Source: a bacterium (GTDB taxonomy: Bacteria > Pseudomonadota > Alphaproteobacteria > Rhizobiales > Aestuariivirgaceae). Taken from it: a DNA stretch of 64,000 nucleotides. The notes beneath the pieces are model-generated. The model was not told the origin of the DNA. It did not search any database and was given only the letters and a program-made list of their open reading frames with translations. Below, piece after piece: positions 29,797 to 37,525 of the stretch; the stretch's first letter is position 1, and the number at the start of each line of letters is the position of its first letter. The position numbers were made by a program, and so were the translations under genes. Location of the stretch: NCBI GenBank assembly GCA_022842165.1, contig JALHQC010000015.1, positions 12,030 through 76,029 of the forward strand, in the 5' to 3' direction.

Positions 29797-29868
29797 TCAG
29801 AACAAGAGGTAGATCAGGATGATAACGGAGATCGGAACGCCAAGAAGCCACAAAACGATGCCTTTCAT
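29797..29868 (-). CDS. 23-aa hydrophobic micropeptide MKGIVLWLLGVPISVIILIYLLF
   Basis: Below the track cut-off; AGGAGG RBS, own EcfG promoter and own terminator. Confidence 0.8.
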   Translation of the reverse strand: MKGIVLWLLGVPISVIILIYLLF

Positions 29869-29898
29869 GAAATCCTCCTGTCATTGACATGCTGAGGC

Positions 29899-29923
29899 AA
29901 TGCCGCCGGGTGCGCATGGTTCC
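29899..29923 (-). promoter_or_regulatory. EcfG-type promoter for the micropeptide
   Basis: Minus strand GGAAC-N16-CATT, 30 nt upstream of the ATG. Confidence 0.78.
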
Positions 29924-29959
29924 GCAATCTGTATTGAAAGGGAGTCGGCGCGTTCCGAT

Positions 29960-30982
29960 ATGGAAGAAACGATGGCAGAAATGACGATACAGCCGGCTTC
30001 GGCCGGAACGGCTCCCAAGCCTGAAACTCGTGCGCACACAGGGCGGACGGCGGTGCTGATCAATGCGCAATCCGGCACAGTGCGCAGCATGGGTGTCGAT
30101 GCCGCTCGAGCACTGGTCGAGTCCGAGCTTTCGAAATGGCCTGCTCCGGCCGAACTCCACATCCTGTCCGGCGCAGAAATCGATAGCACCGTTCGCGACA
30201 TGATCCGTTCAAAGACAGTCTCGGCCATAGTGGCAGGAGGCGGCGACGGCACGATCGCTAGTATTGCCGGGCACCTTGCGGGCACGGACATTGCGCTTGG
30301 CATGCTGCCGCTCGGCACCATGAATCTCATGGCCAAGTCGCTCGATATCAGCCAAGACCTGACTGAAGCGCTGTCGCAGCTCGGCAACGCGACGACACAA
30401 AAGATCGATGTCGGGCGCGTGGATGGCCGCGTGTTCCTCCATCATGTGTCACTCGGCATCCAGCCCCGCATGGTGCGCATCCGCGAAAGACTGGGCTACA
30501 GTTCGCGCTGGACCAAGATGCTGGCGGGAGCGCGCGCCATGCTTTCGGTTATCCTGAAGCCGCAGTCGATGCGGCTGAAAGCCGTTATCGACGGCCAGCC
30601 AAAGGAGATGAAGGCGCCGGCGTTCGTCATCAGCAACAATCGCTACGAGGATTCGGGGTGGATGAAGCACAAGCGCCTCGATGAAGGAGTTCTGGGTGTT
30701 TATGCAGTGAAGCCGATGTCGACCTTGGCTTTTCTGAAACTCGCGATGGACATGCTGCGCGGCCGCTGGCGTGACAACCTGAACGTAGAGGAAGGCAGCG
30801 CGCATGAGGTACGGCTGGAGAAACGGAGAAGGTTTGGCGGCAAGAGCCGGGCGTTGCTTGGTTCGCTGGACGGTGAAGTTACCCTGCTGAGGTCTCCCGT
30901 CGAGATTCGCATCGATCGCAGCGCGCTGAATGTACTGATTCCTCCGGTGGAGAATGCAGGGAATGGGCAGGAACTTTCGTAA
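29960..30982 (+). CDS. Diacylglycerol/lipid kinase family (YegS/BmrU-like)
   Basis: LINAQSG, GGGDGTI, LPLGTMNL.A, IDVG, LDGE; exact start uncertain (29960 or 29972). Confidence 0.85.
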   Translation: MEETMAEMTIQPASAGTAPKPETRAHTGRTAVLINAQSGTVRSMGVDAARALVESELSKWPAPAELHILSGAEIDSTVRDMIRSKTVSAIVAGGGDGTIASIAGHLAGTDIALGMLPLGTMNLMAKSLDISQDLTEALSQLGNATTQKIDVGRVDGRVFLHHVSLGIQPRMVRIRERLGYSSRWTKMLAGARAMLSVILKPQSMRLKAVIDGQPKEMKAPAFVISNNRYEDSGWMKHKRLDEGVLGVYAVKPMSTLAFLKLAMDMLRGRWRDNLNVEEGSAHEVRLEKRRRFGGKSRALLGSLDGEVTLLRSPVEIRIDRSALNVLIPPVENAGNGQELS

Positions 30983-30994
30983 ATCGACGACGTT
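30970..30994 (+). promoter_or_regulatory. EcfG-type promoter for the Pro/Thr-rich protein, overlapping the kinase stop
   Basis: GGAAC-N16-CGTT. Confidence 0.8.
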
Positions 30995-31035
30995 GGGTCG
31001 GTAACGCGGAAAGTTGCATTCAATTCGAGGAGAGC

Positions 31036-31488
31036 GTGAACATGGCCGACAATATTGAGAACCAGTACAATCAGAAAACCACCAGGCCCGCAGGCACAAC
31101 GCCGGTTGGCCAAAGGACATCAACGTCTTCTTCGTCGACGGGCTGGATTCTCGGCGCGGTCATCGCCTTGGCGGCAATCGCGGCGATCTGGTATTACGGC
31201 AGCATGAACAATGTCGATACCGTCGACAACAACGTGAATGTCGAGCAGCCTGCAGTCGTTGCCCCGGGAACGCCGCCAGCCGACACTTCGACGACAGCCA
31301 CGACGCCCCCCGCCGATACGAGCACGACGACCACAATAACGACGCCTCCGGCAGACACGACCGGTACGACAACCCCGCCAGCTGACACGACCGCAACGCA
31401 GCCTGCGGCGCCTGCAACCGACACAACGACGACGGCACCGTCTGCAACCGAAACTACGCCTGCGGTTCCGCCCGCGACGAACCAGTAG
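31036..31488 (+). CDS. Single-TM protein with a Pro/Thr/Ala-rich repetitive C-terminal stalk
   Basis: One TM (WILGAVIALAAIAAIWYY), four TPPADT repeats; GAGGAG RBS. Confidence 0.8.
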   Translation: MNMADNIENQYNQKTTRPAGTTPVGQRTSTSSSSTGWILGAVIALAAIAAIWYYGSMNNVDTVDNNVNVEQPAVVAPGTPPADTSTTATTPPADTSTTTTITTPPADTTGTTTPPADTTATQPAAPATDTTTTAPSATETTPAVPPATNQ

Positions 31489-31510
31489 CCGAACCAAAGG
31501 CCAAGAGAGT

Positions 31511-31540
31511 ACAGGCACCCTTACCGGTGCCTGTTTTTTT
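31511..31540 (+). terminator. Intrinsic terminator
   Basis: Stem ACAGGCACC/GGTGCCTGT followed by a T run. Confidence 0.8.
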
Positions 31541-31571
31541 GTGCGCCAGACGCAAAGAGAGAAGGCGGAGT

Positions 31572-32333
31572 TCAGTCGCGCTCTGTTTCAGTGGGGTATA
31601 CGCCTTTGAGAACCGTCTCGAAGTGCCCCTTGATCACCTCGTGGCATCCACAGGCCCGGGCGCGCAGCCGCTCTTCATCCCGCACGACGAAGTGACCCCG
31701 GCGCACCGCCAGCGTTCCATCTTCCTTGAACGTGCCGACAATGCGGCTGATATAGCTCCTGCCCACGCCTAGCATACCGGCCAGCCGTTCCTGCGTGAGC
31801 GGCACTTCCCGCGATCCCGAGCGTTCGATGGCAGCGCCGATCCATTTTGCCGTCCGCTGCTCGATGGTATGGGCCGCGTTGCAGGCCGCAGACTGGAAAA
31901 GCTGCGCCATGAGGCAATCGGCGTAGCGCGCAAACAGGTTTTCCACTGCCCGGGATTTTGTCTTGCCCTCGTCAAGAACATTGACAGGCAGGGCCAGCAG
32001 TTCGCCTTCGGTTTGAACCAGGATCTTCGAGAAGGCGGGAAGGCTCCCCTGGCTGACGATCCCTCCCACCGCGCCCTCGCGGCCGACGAGCAGAGCTTCG
32101 ACGGCGCCGCCGTCATCAGTGGAAACCAGGAACGACACGAGGGTCTGGTTGCACGGAAAATAAACAGTCTGCACAGTCTCGCCCGGATCGTAGAGGACGG
32201 CGTTCGGCTCATGACGAATGGCCCGCAAGTGAGGGCGCAACAAGTCGAGTTCCGATGGCCGCAGGACCGACAAAAGGTTGTTCCCACCCAGCAATGTATT
32301 CACCAAGGCAGAATTCTCAGAATGTGAGGACAT
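31572..32333 (-). CDS. Crp/Fnr-family transcriptional regulator
   Basis: cNMP-like domain (VYFPC, VGREGAVG) plus CNAAH.IEQR and LTQERLA.MLGVGR.YI HTH. Confidence 0.88.
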   Translation of the reverse strand: MSSHSENSALVNTLLGGNNLLSVLRPSELDLLRPHLRAIRHEPNAVLYDPGETVQTVYFPCNQTLVSFLVSTDDGGAVEALLVGREGAVGGIVSQGSLPAFSKILVQTEGELLALPVNVLDEGKTKSRAVENLFARYADCLMAQLFQSAACNAAHTIEQRTAKWIGAAIERSGSREVPLTQERLAGMLGVGRSYISRIVGTFKEDGTLAVRRGHFVVRDEERLRARACGCHEVIKGHFETVLKGVYPTETERD

Positions 32334-32475
32334 GTGTTCACCAGTGGACAGACAATGGACGCAGCGATGTGTAACGTTCCATTCCAGATCGAAGGCGGGT
32401 GCGCGAATGCGACTCACCTTTCTGCTTTGCGGCGCTCCACCTGAGGCTGCGGAGTTCAGCGGGAACGATTCTTTC

Positions 32476-32500
32476 AACGCTGCTGGGAAGTGTTTGTTCC
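32476..32500 (-). promoter_or_regulatory. EcfG-type promoter for the Crp/Fnr gene
   Basis: Minus strand GGAAC-N16-CGTT. Confidence 0.75.
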
Positions 32501-32545
32501 GGGAAACCGGCCGCTCTGTATTTCACACAAGGGTTCGCGACGGCC

Positions 32546-32971
32546 ATGACGCAGTTTCAATCGCTCGAAACGGTGATTCCGCTTCTTCAACCTTGTATTG
32601 TAGTCGAGGACGATGCGATTATCCTGCTCGACATCGAGCATACGTTGCGTCATCTCGGCTTCAGCGATATCCGCACCTCGACCACACTGGCAATTGGCTC
32701 GAAGCTGGCCGATGCGCCGGACATCCGCCTTGCCCTGCTGGATTTCGAACTGGGCCGAACGGTTACCAGCCTGGCACTGGCCGAGGCCCTTCTGCAGCGC
32801 GGGATTCCGATGGTTTTCCTGACCGCATATGGCGCGGACTTGCAGCTCCCCTCCTCGCTCGCCCACATTCCGATCATCGCGAAGCCATTCACCACCGAAA
32901 CGCTTGCTGCCACGCTTGCTGGCCTGACGCGAGTTGGCGCGGCTGCGAAGAGCCCGTGCGTCTGTAGCTGA
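32546..32971 (+). CDS. Single-domain response regulator (MrrA/SdrG-like)
   Basis: VVEDD, ALLD, PMVFLTAYG (FATGY-like), KPF. Confidence 0.8.
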   Translation: MTQFQSLETVIPLLQPCIVVEDDAIILLDIEHTLRHLGFSDIRTSTTLAIGSKLADAPDIRLALLDFELGRTVTSLALAEALLQRGIPMVFLTAYGADLQLPSSLAHIPIIAKPFTTETLAATLAGLTRVGAAAKSPCVCS

Positions 32972-33174
32972 AGCCTAGGCGTTGGCCCGCATGGCGGTGC
33001 TGACCGCGGTCAAGGGCGAATTCAGTCGATTCCACTAGCCCGGATGGCGCGACGACAGCGGAGCGCCATGCAGCAGGTGGCCATGCCACGTGCGGCTGCC
33101 GCAGCCGCGCGGCACTCGACGGCGCGGTAAGCGAGGCGATAAGGTCTGGCAGGCATGGGTGGAGGCGGCATCGA

Positions 33175-34092
33175 ATGAACAATACAGCGGCACGTCGCGT
33201 AGGCGTAATCGGGCTCGGGTCGATGGGGCTCGGCATGGCGCAATCGATGGTGCGCAAGGGATTGAAAGTCCGTGGCTTCGATCTCAACCCTTCAGGCATC
33301 GCCCGGCTTGAAGCCGCGGGCGGAGAAGCTGCGGCAAGTCTTGAAAACGCTGCCGCGGATGCGGATATCCTGGTCAGCGTCGTCGTCAATGCCGCGCAAA
33401 CGGAGAGTGTTCTGTTCGGCGAGAATGGCGCAGCCAGAAGCCTGGCGCGCGGCGCCGTGATCGTGTCCTGTGCCACCATGTCTCCGGACGATGCACGGCG
33501 ACTCGAAGCCAGGGCACAGGCGGCGGATCTCCATTACCTCGACGCGCCGATCAGCGGCGGAGCTGCCAAGGCTTTATCGGGACGGCTGACCGTCATGGCG
33601 TCGGGATCGGCCGCAGCATTCGCGAAGTCGCGGCCGGCACTCGATGCCATGGCCGAGACAGTCTATGAGCTTGGCGACAAGGCCGGCATCGGGGCATCCT
33701 TCAAGATGGTGAACCAGCTGCTTGCTGGCGTTCACATTGCGGCGGCCTGCGAGGCGGTGACTTTCGCCAAACGTCTCGGACTGGACCTCGACCAGGTCTA
33801 CAAGGTGATCACAGCCTCGGCGGGGAACTCCTGGATGTTCGAAAACCGCGTACCGCATATTCTCGAGGGCGATTATACCCCGCGCAGTGCGGTGGAAATC
33901 TTCACCAAGGATCTCGGCATCGTCAGCGACATGGGACGGCGGGAAAAATTTCCTTTACCCGTCGCGGCGACGGCGCTTCAACTGTTCATCATGACAGCAG
34001 CAGCCGGAATGGAGCGCGACGATGATGCGTCGGTGGCGCGCATGATCGCAGGACTGACAGGGCTGGAACTTCCAGCCGCCAGAAAGGACTAG
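33175..34092 (+). CDS. ltnD: L-threonate dehydrogenase-like beta-hydroxyacid dehydrogenase
   Basis: GLGSMG.GMA, DAPISGGA.KA, KMVNQLLAGVHIAAACEA, ENRVPHILEGDYTPRSAVEIF.KDLGIV. Confidence 0.8.
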   Translation: MNNTAARRVGVIGLGSMGLGMAQSMVRKGLKVRGFDLNPSGIARLEAAGGEAAASLENAAADADILVSVVVNAAQTESVLFGENGAARSLARGAVIVSCATMSPDDARRLEARAQAADLHYLDAPISGGAAKALSGRLTVMASGSAAAFAKSRPALDAMAETVYELGDKAGIGASFKMVNQLLAGVHIAAACEAVTFAKRLGLDLDQVYKVITASAGNSWMFENRVPHILEGDYTPRSAVEIFTKDLGIVSDMGRREKFPLPVAATALQLFIMTAAAGMERDDDASVARMIAGLTGLELPAARKD

Positions 34093-34099
34093 ACCCATC

Positions 34100-34867
34100 A
34101 TGCCAAGATTTGCGGCTAATCTCTCCATGATGTTCACCGAATGGAGCTTTCTCGATCGCTTCGCGGCGGCGGCCGATGCGGGCTTCACGGCCGTCGAATA
34201 TCTGTTTCCCTACGCCTTCGATGCCGACGACATCGCCGGCCGGCTTTCCCGCAACGGGCTGACGCAGGCGCTCTTCAACCTGCCGCCCGGCAACTGGGAC
34301 GCAGGCGAGCGCGGGCTTGCGTCAAACCCTGCGCGGGCGGAAGACTTTCGCGCCTCCATCCAGACGGCGCTGCCCTATGCCATGGCGACCGGAGCGAAGC
34401 GTTTGCATCTGATGAGCGGACACGGCGACCGTCGCGACGCGCTGGCGCTGGAAAGCTACAAGACTGCCATCCGCCATGCCTGCGATGCGGCAGCACCCCT
34501 CGGGATCGACATTCTCATCGAGCCGATCAACGGGCGGGACATGCCGGGTTATTTTCTCAACGACTTCACATTTGCAGCGAACCTCGTCGCCGAAATGGGT
34601 ATCGTCAATCTGAAGCTTCAGTTCGATATCTACCATCGCCAAATCCTCCATGGCGATGTCATGAAGAGTCTGGAGGCGCTGATGCCAGTCATCGGCCATG
34701 TGCAGGTGGCGTCAGTGCCAGGGCGCAACGAACCTGGCACTGGAGAACTCGACGATGCACGCATATTCCGTCGCCTCGACGCGCTGGGATACCAGGGCTT
34801 CGTGGGTTGCGAGTATCGGCCAGCCGCCGGCACCCTGGAAGGGCTGGGCTGGATGCGCGGCCTCTGA
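34100..34867 (+). CDS. otnI: 2-oxo-tetronate isomerase / hydroxypyruvate isomerase family
   Basis: MPRFAANLSMMFTE, LIEPIN.RDMPGY, FDIYH.Q, HVQVA.VPGR.EP, GCEYRP. Confidence 0.78.
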   Translation: MPRFAANLSMMFTEWSFLDRFAAAADAGFTAVEYLFPYAFDADDIAGRLSRNGLTQALFNLPPGNWDAGERGLASNPARAEDFRASIQTALPYAMATGAKRLHLMSGHGDRRDALALESYKTAIRHACDAAAPLGIDILIEPINGRDMPGYFLNDFTFAANLVAEMGIVNLKLQFDIYHRQILHGDVMKSLEALMPVIGHVQVASVPGRNEPGTGELDDARIFRRLDALGYQGFVGCEYRPAAGTLEGLGWMRGL

Positions 34868-34986
34868 ACCCAACTGCGCATGTCATGCGCGGCGCGAGCA
34901 ACGTACGTGCAACGCCGGTTCCTAAGAATATTGATGCCCGCGCGGTGAGGGTTCACCCCGCGAGCATTGTGTGGCGAATGCTCGGG

Positions 34987-35487
34987 CTAACGGCGGCTGC
35001 GGCCGCCGCTACGGCCGGATGAGGCCGTACCGAACCGGTTCATGCGGCCAAGCGGGCTCGGCAGCATCAGGCCGATCATCGCGCCGATCCCGAGGCCGAT
35101 GGCGCCGAGCATATAGGGGCGCTCGTCAGCCAGTTTCTGGACCATGCGCTGATCGGGAATGCCGCGAGCGGCGAGCGGAAGCGCCCGGCTTGCGCCTTCG
35201 GCGGCCCATTCATAGGCGCCACCCGCAGCACGTTTGCCGCGGCGCAAAAGCCGGGTCGCCGCGCCGGCATATCCGGTTCTTGCCGCAGCGGATTTCTTGG
35301 CGGTATTGCGCCCGCTACGCTTCGGGCCGGCTTTCGCGGCGCTCTTTGTGGCGCGCGAACCCGCCGCGGCCGCTGCCGGCTTCCGTTTTGCCGCGCCCCT
35401 GCGGGCGCCGGCCTTCCGCGCGCGATTCTTCGGCTGTGGCGACGTCGAGGTCACGCCATTCGCTTCCACTGATTTTTCCGCTGTCAT
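34987..35487 (-). CDS. Highly basic Lys/Arg/Ala-rich protein with a C-terminal YqjD/ElaB-like membrane anchor
   Basis: AAKRKPAAA...AAKAGPKR...AKKSAA N-terminus; ERPYMLGAIGLGIGAMIGLMLP anchor; AAGGAG RBS. Confidence 0.7.
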   Translation of the reverse strand: MTAEKSVEANGVTSTSPQPKNRARKAGARRGAAKRKPAAAAAGSRATKSAAKAGPKRSGRNTAKKSAAARTGYAGAATRLLRRGKRAAGGAYEWAAEGASRALPLAARGIPDQRMVQKLADERPYMLGAIGLGIGAMIGLMLPSPLGRMNRFGTASSGRSGGRSRR

Positions 35488-35797
35488 TGTTGTTCTCCTT
35501 TGAGGTTGCTCTTGGTGGTACGGGATCAGGCTCCCGCGGGCTTCGCGGCTTGTCCTTGTTGCGGCGGGGAGCGCCCACCAGCCAGCCAGCGCCTGCCAGC
35601 ACGGCGAGGCTAAGCAGCCTGTGTCTTCCAATGCTCGACCGGATACGGCCAAGCAGCGTCAGATCAGGATCGAGAAATGACATCACGTCCTCGGCAAGCT
35701 GCGGCGGGCTGACACGGGCCTTGAGCTCGGCAACCGTATCCAGGAGTGCCCTGCGGCTCGCGGCGAGTTCGGCCAAGGCTTCGGGCTTTGCTGTCAT
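35315..35797 (-). CDS. DUF3618/YqjK-like protein
   Basis: ELAASRRALLDTVAELKARVSP; TM LLSLAVLAGAGWLVG; ATG overlaps the holin-like stop. Confidence 0.65.
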   Translation of the reverse strand: MTAKPEALAELAASRRALLDTVAELKARVSPPQLAEDVMSFLDPDLTLLGRIRSSIGRHRLLSLAVLAGAGWLVGAPRRNKDKPRSPREPDPVPPRATSKENNNDSGKISGSEWRDLDVATAEESRAEGRRPQGRGKTEAGSGRGGFARHKERRESRPEA

Positions 35798-36195
35798 CGT
35801 CCAGTATCCATGCCGGAACCGCGCGTGAACCAACGGAAGAAAATGCTTTCGGTTTGCCAGGAGAGTGTCTTCCGCATCGCCATGATGGCGATGGCGGCGA
35901 TCGCCAATAGCAGCCCCGTTACCACCAAGGCTGCAAGCCCGGTGCTGCCAAGAACGGGTGTGAGCAGAGCAATCCCCGCCTGCGACAGAGCAATCAATGC
36001 GCACAGGCCAGAGGACAAGGCCAGCATCGCCCATGCCGCTGCGCGAATGACCCGGTTCTTCAGGTCCACGAGTTCGAGCTTGGCCACTTCCGACTCGGCT
36101 GAAGCCCACCTGCGGCCATCGGCCATCAATTTTTCGATAAGCCGGCTGATTTCAATTCGAGGATTGGGGTTCGCGCCGGTCGCACCTTTCAGCAT
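35794..36195 (-). CDS. Phage-holin-superfamily (YqjE-like) membrane protein
   Basis: SAESEVAKLEL..LK followed by two TM helices; start set at ATG 36195 because the promoter overlaps the track start. Confidence 0.7.
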   Translation of the reverse strand: MLKGATGANPNPRIEISRLIEKLMADGRRWASAESEVAKLELVDLKNRVIRAAAWAMLALSSGLCALIALSQAGIALLTPVLGSTGLAALVVTGLLLAIAAIAIMAMRKTLSWQTESIFFRWFTRGSGMDTGR

Positions 36196-36268
36196 CTGGA
36201 AGACATCACTCGCTTGCTGCCGTGACCTGGCATGTGAAGCCGGATATTCATTTTCCGTTACGGGCTGG

Positions 36269-36293
36269 AACGTCACTGCTTCGCAATAGTTCC
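36269..36293 (-). promoter_or_regulatory. EcfG-type promoter for the yqjE/K/D-like operon
   Basis: Minus strand GGAAC-N16-CGTT. Confidence 0.8.
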
Positions 36294-36348
36294 ACGTTGT
36301 GCTACAACCCCACCTTCACTCCGGCAAACCATCCCTGCTGCGGAGGGT

Positions 36349-36377
36349 AAAAAAAGACCCCGTCGGTACGGGGTCTT
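36349..36377 (-). terminator. Intrinsic terminator after the 36438-36935 gene
   Basis: Stem AAGACCCCGT/ACGGGGTCTT preceded on the plus strand by an A run. Confidence 0.75.
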
Positions 36378-36437
36378 CAAGGTGCAGGCAGCCTATGGGG
36401 GAGGGAGACACTGCCCGGGGACTGATAAATCGAAAAG

Positions 36438-36935
36438 CTACTCTTGCCGCAGAAGCGCGGTCTCCTCCTCCGGCGAACGCGCTCTGCGGGCGCGGGCCTT
36501 GCGCGGACGCGCCGCCGCGCGTGGTGATGGAGTGCGCGGCGTCCGCATGGCGGAAGTTCTCGCTTGCACCAACTGCGTGATGACAAGTCCCGCAACGATG
36601 CTGCCGCCCAGCGTCATCAGCGGGTGGCGATGTGTGAATTCGCGCGCATCCGCGGCGATTTCAGACAGATCGCTCTCGGTGACATAAGCCGCGAGGTCTT
36701 CGAGGGTATCGGCTGCCGCCTCGGCGTAGGCCTTCATCGTCGGAATTTCAGGCATGGCATCGGTGAACTGGCGAACCGAGTCTGCAACATTTTCAAGCTG
36801 CGCCGCTGCATAGTCCTTGCGGCTGCTGGCAAGGCTGCCGGCCATGTTCAGGATATCGTCGAAAAAAGCCGGACCGTTCCGGCCATCACGATCCCGGACG
36901 CGGCCTCGGGCCCGGGCCTGGCTATCTGCTGCCAT
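36438..36935 (-). CDS. ElaB/YqjD-like stress protein with C-terminal TM and basic tail
   Basis: Helical body then AREFTHRHPLMTLGGSIVAGLVITQLV and an Arg-rich tail. Confidence 0.7.
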   Translation of the reverse strand: MAADSQARARGRVRDRDGRNGPAFFDDILNMAGSLASSRKDYAAAQLENVADSVRQFTDAMPEIPTMKAYAEAAADTLEDLAAYVTESDLSEIAADAREFTHRHPLMTLGGSIVAGLVITQLVQARTSAMRTPRTPSPRAAARPRKARARRARSPEEETALLRQE

Positions 36936-36968
36936 TCATAAAGCTCCTGAAATTCGGGTTCCGTCTAT

Positions 36969-36993
36969 AACTGGACGTTTTCAAGTTTGTTCC
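36969..36993 (-). promoter_or_regulatory. Variant EcfG-type promoter
   Basis: Minus strand GGAAC-N16-AGTT, 33 nt upstream of the ATG. Confidence 0.5.
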
Positions 36994-37009
36994 CTTGGGA
37001 ACATCTCGA

Positions 37010-37372
37010 TCAATGGCCCCAGTAGGGCGGGACCTGATAGTGCCGATGCACATCGTCTTCCCATTTGCGATTGTCCCAGGAATCATCGCCAAATGCCGGG
37101 GAGTCCTTCAATTGTTCCGCCGCGACACCGGTGATGAAGCCACCGGCGGCCGGATCGTAGCTGAGCTTCGCCCAGGGCAGAGGAAAGTGGCTGTGGCCAA
37201 GCCCCAGGAATCCGCCGAAGCTGATGACGGCATAAACAACGCGGCCCGACCGCTTCTCGATCATCAGATGATCGACCTCGCCGATCGCATTGCCGCTCCC
37301 GTCATAGACGACACAGCCTTCGACATCTTCGCTCGATATGAAGTCGCGGTTCGGATGCACGGTATTTTTCAT
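37010..37372 (-). CDS. PRC-barrel domain protein
   Basis: VEG..VYD..G..IGEVDHLMI.K.SGRVVYAVISFGGFLGLG..HFPLPW..L.YD. Confidence 0.9.
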   Translation of the reverse strand: MKNTVHPNRDFISSEDVEGCVVYDGSGNAIGEVDHLMIEKRSGRVVYAVISFGGFLGLGHSHFPLPWAKLSYDPAAGGFITGVAAEQLKDSPAFGDDSWDNRKWEDDVHRHYQVPPYWGH

Positions 37373-37420
37373 GTTTCCGGCCTGTTTCGGGTTGAGGCCG
37401 CTGACGGACCTGCCGTCCCG

Positions 37421-37445
37421 AACGCCCGATCAGTGCGGCGGTTCC
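37421..37445 (-). promoter_or_regulatory. EcfG-type promoter for the PRC-barrel gene
   Basis: Minus strand GGAAC-N16-CGTT. Confidence 0.82.
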
Positions 37446-37461
37446 AGGTACCTGCGCTTCT

Positions 37462-37486
37462 GGAACGAAGAGTTTGCAGGGCCGTT
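37462..37486 (+). promoter_or_regulatory. EcfG-type promoter for the SLC13 permease
   Basis: GGAAC-N16-CGTT. Confidence 0.82.
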
Positions 37487-37525
37487 GTGGCGCAAGGGCT
37501 GACCGCCACCGGGGACATCACATTC

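Noticed and set aside
31260-31400. Repeats as a CRISPR array or VNTR
   Set aside because: In-frame coding repeats with divergent codons, no spacers and no cas genes
32354-32380. AATG...GTTCC close to the Crp/Fnr start
   Set aside because: Spacer is 18 nt; the 16-nt box at 32476-32500 fits better
34900-34922. AACG...GTTCC resembling a minus-strand EcfG promoter
   Set aside because: Spacer is 14 nt and it would point antisense into otnI
35794-36195. Holin-like gene as a prophage remnant
   Set aside because: No endolysin, integrase or structural phage genes; the YqjE-like stress context and EcfG promoter explain it
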